From a virus (Duplodnaviria; Heunggongvirae; Uroviricota; Caudoviricetes): a stretch of DNA of 29,312 nucleotides. Location: the IMG/VR virus record IMGVR_UViG_2778261593_000009, positions 1 to 29,312 of that record; one strand, written 5' to 3'. The notes beneath the pieces are model-generated. The model ran no database searches and had not been told where the DNA came from. It saw only the letters and a program-made list of their open reading frames with translations. Position 1 is the first letter of the stretch. Every line of letters begins with the position of its first letter. Positions 24,283 through 29,312 of the stretch are shown piece after piece. The position numbers and the translations under genes are program-made.

Positions 24283-24622
24283 TAAACCGCTTTACATTGA
24301 TTTGCTCATCACCGGCCGCAATCTCACGCTGAACAGCGCCAGTGAGCCGGTGTTATGCAACAACAGGGAAAGTATTGCCCAGGACTGCCAGCACGCCATC
24401 ATTGAGAGCGGACTGGCAACGCGCCTGCTGGCTGAAAAAAGCCCGACACTTCGTGCTGACATCATGATGCAGATGACGCTGCTGATTGAAGATGATGAGC
24501 GCATCACACCCGGCACGGTCAGTGTGACAGAAGAAACCCCGCTTTCTGGTCGCCTGCTGATTAGCGCCCACACCGAAGATTTTTTTGAACCCCTGACTTT
24601 TACGGTATCTCTTGATGATTAA
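24272..24622 (+). CDS. Putative baseplate wedge protein (gpW/Gp25-like)
   Basis: 116 aa from MHTDKPLYID; sits directly upstream of the J-like gene in the conserved W-J-I-H-G order. Confidence 0.4.
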   Translation: MHTDKPLYIDLLITGRNLTLNSASEPVLCNNRESIAQDCQHAIIESGLATRLLAEKSPTLRADIMMQMTLLIEDDERITPGTVSVTEETPLSGRLLISAHTEDFFEPLTFTVSLDD

Positions 24623-25799
24623 CGGCAAACCCACCGCAGATTACGAGCGCATTCTGGCTGATAACGGCATGCCGGTAACCGAAGAACAGGCACGCGCTGA
24701 ATTTGAAGCCATTGTCAAAGACGAAGGGCTTATCACCAACACATCCCGCATGTCGCCGTTCTGGCGACTGATTACAGCTATCACCACAAAACCCGTGATG
24801 TGGCTGAAAGATGCGCTGGTTAATGTGGTGATGAAAAACCTGTTTCTGGCTGATGCCAGCGGTGTATTCGTTGATGTTTTTGCCTGGGCGGTAAACCTGC
24901 AACGCAAGGCCGCCACGCACGCAGCCGGCGTGATTCGTTTCACCAAAAACGACATTGATCGCGCAGTTACCGTGCCGGCCGGTACGCAGATTCAGACAGA
25001 ACGCATTAACGGCGTGATTTATACGCTGACCGTTGTCAGGGATACCGTTATTCCGGCAGGAACACTCAGCATGAACATCGATGTTTCTGCAGAACAGGCC
25101 GGAGCCGGCTTTAACCTTGCGCCGGGATATTACCGCATCCTTCCGGTGGCGATTGATGGTATTGCCGGTGTTGAGAACGATGAAAACTGGCTGACCACAC
25201 CGGGTGCCAACGAAGAAAGCGATGACGAGCTGCGTGATCGTGTTCGTAATCAGTTTAATCTTGCCGGCGCTTATCACACCGATGCCGTTTACCGGGGATT
25301 AATTGCCGGCGTTGCCGGCATCAGTGCCGACCGCATCTATTTTCTGCATGACGCACCACGCGGCCCCGGCACAGCAAATGCTTACATTCTGCTGGATACC
25401 GGCATCGCATCCGAACCGTTCGTTGATGCAGTAAACGCATTCATTAACGATGAAGGTCATCACGGACACGGTGATGATCTGCGCTGTTTTTCCATGCCTG
25501 AAACACGCCACACCCTGACCGTGACACTCTGGTTATATGCAACGCTGAACCTCAGCGATGAGGAAATTCAGACGTTATTGCGCAATGTGGAAAATCTGGT
25601 TCGCTGTGCATTTCGAGAAAACAGCGATTATGACGTTCAGAAAACATGGCCGTATAGCCGTTTCAGCATGTCCAGACTGGGCGAAGAGATCCACCAGGTA
25701 TTTCCACAGGTGGAGTCGGTTACATTTTCTCTTCCGGATATTCTCAGTGATCTGGCTGTTCCTCGTCTGGAATCCCTTACTGTGGAGGTGAGCGCATGA
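24615..25799 (+). CDS. Baseplate J-like protein
   Basis: 394 aa; synteny upstream of the I-like and tail fibre genes. Confidence 0.7.
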   Translation: MINGKPTADYERILADNGMPVTEEQARAEFEAIVKDEGLITNTSRMSPFWRLITAITTKPVMWLKDALVNVVMKNLFLADASGVFVDVFAWAVNLQRKAATHAAGVIRFTKNDIDRAVTVPAGTQIQTERINGVIYTLTVVRDTVIPAGTLSMNIDVSAEQAGAGFNLAPGYYRILPVAIDGIAGVENDENWLTTPGANEESDDELRDRVRNQFNLAGAYHTDAVYRGLIAGVAGISADRIYFLHDAPRGPGTANAYILLDTGIASEPFVDAVNAFINDEGHHGHGDDLRCFSMPETRHTLTVTLWLYATLNLSDEEIQTLLRNVENLVRCAFRENSDYDVQKTWPYSRFSMSRLGEEIHQVFPQVESVTFSLPDILSDLAVPRLESLTVEVSA

Positions 25800-26431
25800 A
25801 ACTTCCGGAGATCCCTGAATTCCCGCTCCCCACCTGGATGAATAAAGGTGAGCCGTTAACGCTGGCACATTCATCGCATCGCTACTGGGAAAAGGTATAC
25901 AGCTGGCTGACGTGGCCACTACAGCAGATTGATGTCGACACCTGCGCAGAGCCTTTACTTAACCTGCTGGCTTATCAGCGCAATATCACCCGATTTAAAG
26001 GTGAGCCGGTTTCATTATTTCGCTTAAGAGTGAAACACGCGTTTATTAACGCTCAGGACTCTGGCGAACGCGCCGGCTTCGAACGCATCTTTAAGCGTCT
26101 TGGCGTGGGAGACGTTAAAACACTGGAACGGCAACTGCAGCATGACTGGGACGTTATTTTACTGCGCATTAATGACACCCAGTTAAGTGAAAACAACGCG
26201 CTGATGATGCAGCTCGTGCGCCAGTATGGTCGTACCTGCAGGCGCTATTTCTTTCAGGTAATCAATACAACCACTGCCCGGATGACAGCCGGCACATTCG
26301 ATGGCCATTACAGGTATCACACAGCAGAAGCAACGGTGAGAAAGGACACCATCTGGTTAACCGCTTCGCTACAGGCAGGACATTACGGCCTGTCCGTGGA
26401 ACATTACACATTACAGGCAGATGAAGCATGA
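25796..26431 (+). CDS. Tail protein I-like (baseplate)
   Basis: 211 aa; ATGA overlaps with both neighbours; synteny. Confidence 0.6.
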   Translation: MKLPEIPEFPLPTWMNKGEPLTLAHSSHRYWEKVYSWLTWPLQQIDVDTCAEPLLNLLAYQRNITRFKGEPVSLFRLRVKHAFINAQDSGERAGFERIFKRLGVGDVKTLERQLQHDWDVILLRINDTQLSENNALMMQLVRQYGRTCRRYFFQVINTTTARMTAGTFDGHYRYHTAEATVRKDTIWLTASLQAGHYGLSVEHYTLQADEA

Positions 26432-28128
26432 GCACGATTATTACTGAACAGTACGAACACTGGTGCGCAAATCAAATCATCAGCGGAAAAGCTGCGCGCC
26501 CGGATACATTTGTTTTTGCATATATTCCGGGACAGGATGAATCCGCAGAGATCCCCCGCGATGAGATACTCCCTGATGAATCCATGATTCAGTATCGTGC
26601 GCCGGTCACCCAGTACGGCCTCCTGTCGCCGAACGCGACCGCGTTTTCCATCATTCTGGACACGACAGTCGGCGACTTCGAATACAACTGGATCGGTCTG
26701 CTGAACGAAGAAAGCGGCGTGCTCTGCATGATTGCACACACACCTCGTCAGCAAAAAATTAAAACAGCGAACGGCGTGCAGGGAAACAACCTGATCCGCA
26801 CATTTTCCATGGAGTTTGACGGCGCAGCCGCAGCAATGCATATCGATGTCAGCGCTGATGTCTGGCAGATTGATTTCACTGCACGCCTTGCAGGAATGGA
26901 TGAGGCCCGCCGGCTGCTGGCGTTTGATCACTACGGTGAAGCCGCTTTTCTGGGGGATGGTTTTCAGGTCAGCTATCAGGACGGTACCGCTACTGTTGCC
27001 GCCGGCGTGGGGTATGTGGGAGGTCTGCGCGTCAGTCTGCGCGAACCTTACAGCCTGCCGGCTGCGGTCGGGGATACCCTCTGGATTGATGCAAGCTGGC
27101 AGGGATTTGTTACCGGCGAATGGAATACCGTTTTTACGTTCTGCGCCCGCCAGGAACATGCGTCTTATACAGACGGTAACGGCTTCCGACACTTTGTCGC
27201 GCCACTTGCAAAAATGACAGGAGACGGCCCACAGGACCTGCGCCCGGAGACACCCGACGAAGAACAAAGCAATGCACTGGCAGAGCACGAAAAATCCCGC
27301 CATCATCCGGACGCAACACTGAAGGAGAAAGGCTTTGCGCAGTACAGCAACGCCACCGACAGCGACGCAGAAGACCGCGCCGCCACATCAAAGGCAGTAA
27401 AAGCCGCAATGGATAAAGCAAAAGACGCTGTTGAGCGCGACGGCGACACCATGACCGGGGAGCTGAAAATCCGTGGTGTTAATGCACTGAGGATTTTCAA
27501 CGAAGCTTTTGGCCTGATTTTTCGTCGTTCTGAAGAGTGCCTGCATCTTATTCCCACCCGGGAAAATCAGGGCGAAAATGGCGATATTGGTCCCCTGCGT
27601 CCGTTCACTATTAATCTGCGGACGGGTGAAATATCCATGTCGCATAAAGTGTCTGTTGGTGGCGGTTCTCAGGTGAATGGTGCGCTGGGTATCGGCGTTC
27701 AGAACGCGCTGGGTGGAAACTCAATTGCTTTTGGGGATAACGATACCGGCCTGAAACAGAATGGTGATGGCCTGCTGGATGTTTATGCCAATAGCGTGCA
27801 TGTGTTGCGTTTTCAGGCTGGCAGTATCCAGAGTAATAAACCTGTAAACGTTACCGGGCGGGTAACACCGTCAGACTACGGAAACTTTGATGCCCGTTAC
27901 CAGACCAAAACAGGCGGAGTGCAGGATGTGCGTTATGGTTCCGAAATGTATTACAACCCGGGAGGTAACCAGATATCCTGGACATTTCGCTCACCTTCAG
28001 GCCATGGATTATCTGGTATTAATGTGCAGGAAACCGGAAGTGATTCGGCAGATAACATCGGCGGCGTGTATTACCGACCGCTTCAGAAACTGATTAACGG
28101 CACCTGGTATAACGTGGCGAGTGTTTAA
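26428..28128 (+). CDS. Tail fibre protein, P2 gpH-like
   Basis: Segment AEHEKSRHHPDATLKEKGFAQYSNATDSDAEDRAATSKAVKAAMDKA matches the conserved motif of P2 H/Mu S-type fibres. Confidence 0.85.
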   Translation: MSTIITEQYEHWCANQIISGKAARPDTFVFAYIPGQDESAEIPRDEILPDESMIQYRAPVTQYGLLSPNATAFSIILDTTVGDFEYNWIGLLNEESGVLCMIAHTPRQQKIKTANGVQGNNLIRTFSMEFDGAAAAMHIDVSADVWQIDFTARLAGMDEARRLLAFDHYGEAAFLGDGFQVSYQDGTATVAAGVGYVGGLRVSLREPYSLPAAVGDTLWIDASWQGFVTGEWNTVFTFCARQEHASYTDGNGFRHFVAPLAKMTGDGPQDLRPETPDEEQSNALAEHEKSRHHPDATLKEKGFAQYSNATDSDAEDRAATSKAVKAAMDKAKDAVERDGDTMTGELKIRGVNALRIFNEAFGLIFRRSEECLHLIPTRENQGENGDIGPLRPFTINLRTGEISMSHKVSVGGGSQVNGALGIGVQNALGGNSIAFGDNDTGLKQNGDGLLDVYANSVHVLRFQAGSIQSNKPVNVTGRVTPSDYGNFDARYQTKTGGVQDVRYGSEMYYNPGGNQISWTFRSPSGHGLSGINVQETGSDSADNIGGVYYRPLQKLINGTWYNVASV

Positions 28129-28130
28129 CA

Positions 28131-28682
28131 ATGTTGCATTTAAAAAATATTACTGCGGGTAATCCGAAAACCGCGGAACAATATCAGCTGACAAAACAAT
28201 ATGGTGTCACCTGGCTTTTTTCGGAAGACGGCAAAAACTGGTATGAAGAACAGAAGAACTTTGCCAGTGACACCATAAAAATGGTTTACACCGGAGACGG
28301 GCGCGTGGTGTGGGTCGGTAAGGATGTGACAGGTATTGAACCACGTAACGCCAGTGTTATTGAAGTTCCTGATATTACCGCTAACCGCCGCATTACCGCA
28401 CCGGGTTACTGGTTCTACCGCAATGATGAATTTGTTTTTGACTACAAACTTAAAGCGGAAGATGAGCGTGATGCACTGTTAAAACAGGCCAGCATCATGA
28501 CCAGCGAATGGGAAAAAGACCTGCTGCTGGGATTAATCAGCGACGAAGACAGGGAAAAACTGAAAGCCTGCCGTATTTATACAAAAACGTTACGGGAGAT
28601 GACATTCAGCCAGGTTACAGATAAAGCATCGTATGCCGCGATTGTATGGCCAGAATTACCGCAGAACATTAGCGAGAATTAA
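28131..28682 (+). CDS. Tail fibre assembly protein (Tfa, gpG-like)
   Basis: 183 aa directly downstream of the fibre gene; C-terminal AAIVWPELP motif typical of Tfa chaperones. Confidence 0.8.
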   Translation: MLHLKNITAGNPKTAEQYQLTKQYGVTWLFSEDGKNWYEEQKNFASDTIKMVYTGDGRVVWVGKDVTGIEPRNASVIEVPDITANRRITAPGYWFYRNDEFVFDYKLKAEDERDALLKQASIMTSEWEKDLLLGLISDEDREKLKACRIYTKTLREMTFSQVTDKASYAAIVWPELPQNISEN

Positions 28683-28688
28683 GAAGTA

Positions 28689-29312
28689 ATGAGCGCATTA
28701 TTGACGAAAGCATTTGAAAAGTGGGTTGCTGAATGCGCAGCCAGCAATTTACCTGCACGCCCTGACGCTATTATTTTTGCTCTGATGGAGCGGGAACCAA
28801 CGCGCGAAGATAATACCGTTCCGGAAGAAAAAATCACATATGCTGTGAATGAACTGACCTACGGCCAGTTAAGCCCGGACAATATTGTGTGTAGCGCAGT
28901 TGTTCCTGATGACTGTGCATTCAGCTATGACTGGATTTGTCTCATCCATCAGGCCAGCGGAACACTATGCGGCGTAATAAAAACGCCTGTTCGACAAAAA
29001 GTGACAGGCGAGTCACTTATTCGTAATTTCACGATTATATACAGCGGCATTGCTCAGGCTGCGCAAATTACCGTTCCTCCACAGAGCTGGCAGATAGATC
29101 TTTATCCAGAGCTGATATCAATGCTGAAAACCCCTAACCGTTTGTCAGAAATTGCAGCAGAAGGGAAAGAAGCGCAACAGGAATCCCGCGACAATCTGGG
29201 GTTGAAAACTGCTGCAACGATGGATGTACAAACAGACATTTACGACCGTACCGAAGGCCGCCTGGCAATACCCGGTGCATTCGGATACGGAGCTATCTTC
29301 CGCTCAGAAAAA
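28689..29312 (+). CDS. Second tail fibre protein, N-terminal part (truncated by window end)
   Basis: N-terminus MSALLTKAFEKWVAECAASNLPARPDAIIFALME parallels that of the first fibre (MSTIITEQYEHWCANQIISGKAARPDTFVFAYIP); open to the window end. Confidence 0.65.
   Translation, partial: MSALLTKAFEKWVAECAASNLPARPDAIIFALMEREPTREDNTVPEEKITYAVNELTYGQLSPDNIVCSAVVPDDCAFSYDWICLIHQASGTLCGVIKTPVRQKVTGESLIRNFTIIYSGIAQAAQITVPPQSWQIDLYPELISMLKTPNRLSEIAAEGKEAQQESRDNLGLKTAATMDVQTDIYDRTEGRLAIPGAFGYGAIFRSEK

Larger units (their letters stand above)
1..29312. mobile_element. P2/186-like temperate prophage (integrase, C repressor, gpA-like Rep, Ogr, Q-P / O-N-M-L head module, contractile-tail and fibre genes); extends beyond the window on the right, left boundary not resolved
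   Basis: Gene content and order recognised from translated ORFs; divergent Q-P versus O-N-M-L arrangement and int-C-early operon layout are hallmarks of the P2 family. Confidence 0.85.

Noticed and set aside
26404-27306. 300-aa minus-strand ORF
   Set aside because: Antisense to the tail fibre gene, whose conserved fibre motif fixes the real frame.
26428-29312. Invertible tail-fibre segment (Mu G / P1 C type)
   Set aside because: Both fibre genes and the Tfa gene are co-oriented and no invertase gene or flanking inverted crossover sites are visible in the window.
1-29312. CRISPR array, rRNA, IS element
   Set aside because: No spaced short direct-repeat array, no rRNA-like segment, and no transposase ORF or terminal inverted repeats seen.

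Overview
This 29.3-kb window is almost entirely one P2/186-family temperate myovirus-type prophage (possibly an integrative phage-plasmid-like element). Left to right: a small terminator; two minus-strand cargo genes; tyrosine integrase (-); P2 C-type immunity repressor (-); operator/promoter switch; a rightward early operon of about nine small genes; an intergenic terminator/repeat island; a rolling-circle replication initiator (gpA-like); an accessory block holding an R1-type parM/parR actin-like partition pair plus a tightly coupled two-gene module of unknown function; an Ogr-type zinc-finger late activator (-); portal Q and terminase P (-); a divergent late promoter region; then scaffold O, major capsid N, small terminase M, head completion L, tail completion/morphogenesis genes, sheath-like and tube-like genes, holin and M15 endolysin, a tail chaperone pair with a -1 frameshift, tape measure, baseplate W/J/I-like genes, tail fibre, tail fibre assembly protein and the start of a second fibre gene cut by the window end. 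No rRNA, tRNA, CRISPR array or IS element was seen. The best candidates for an undescribed system are the two-gene module at 10461-11209 and the integrase-distal gene pair at 193-1143. All functional names come from motifs, architecture and synteny that I recognise by eye; no database search or computation was run. CDS coordinates are anchored to the supplied ORF track; coordinates of noncoding motifs are approximate (a few nt).
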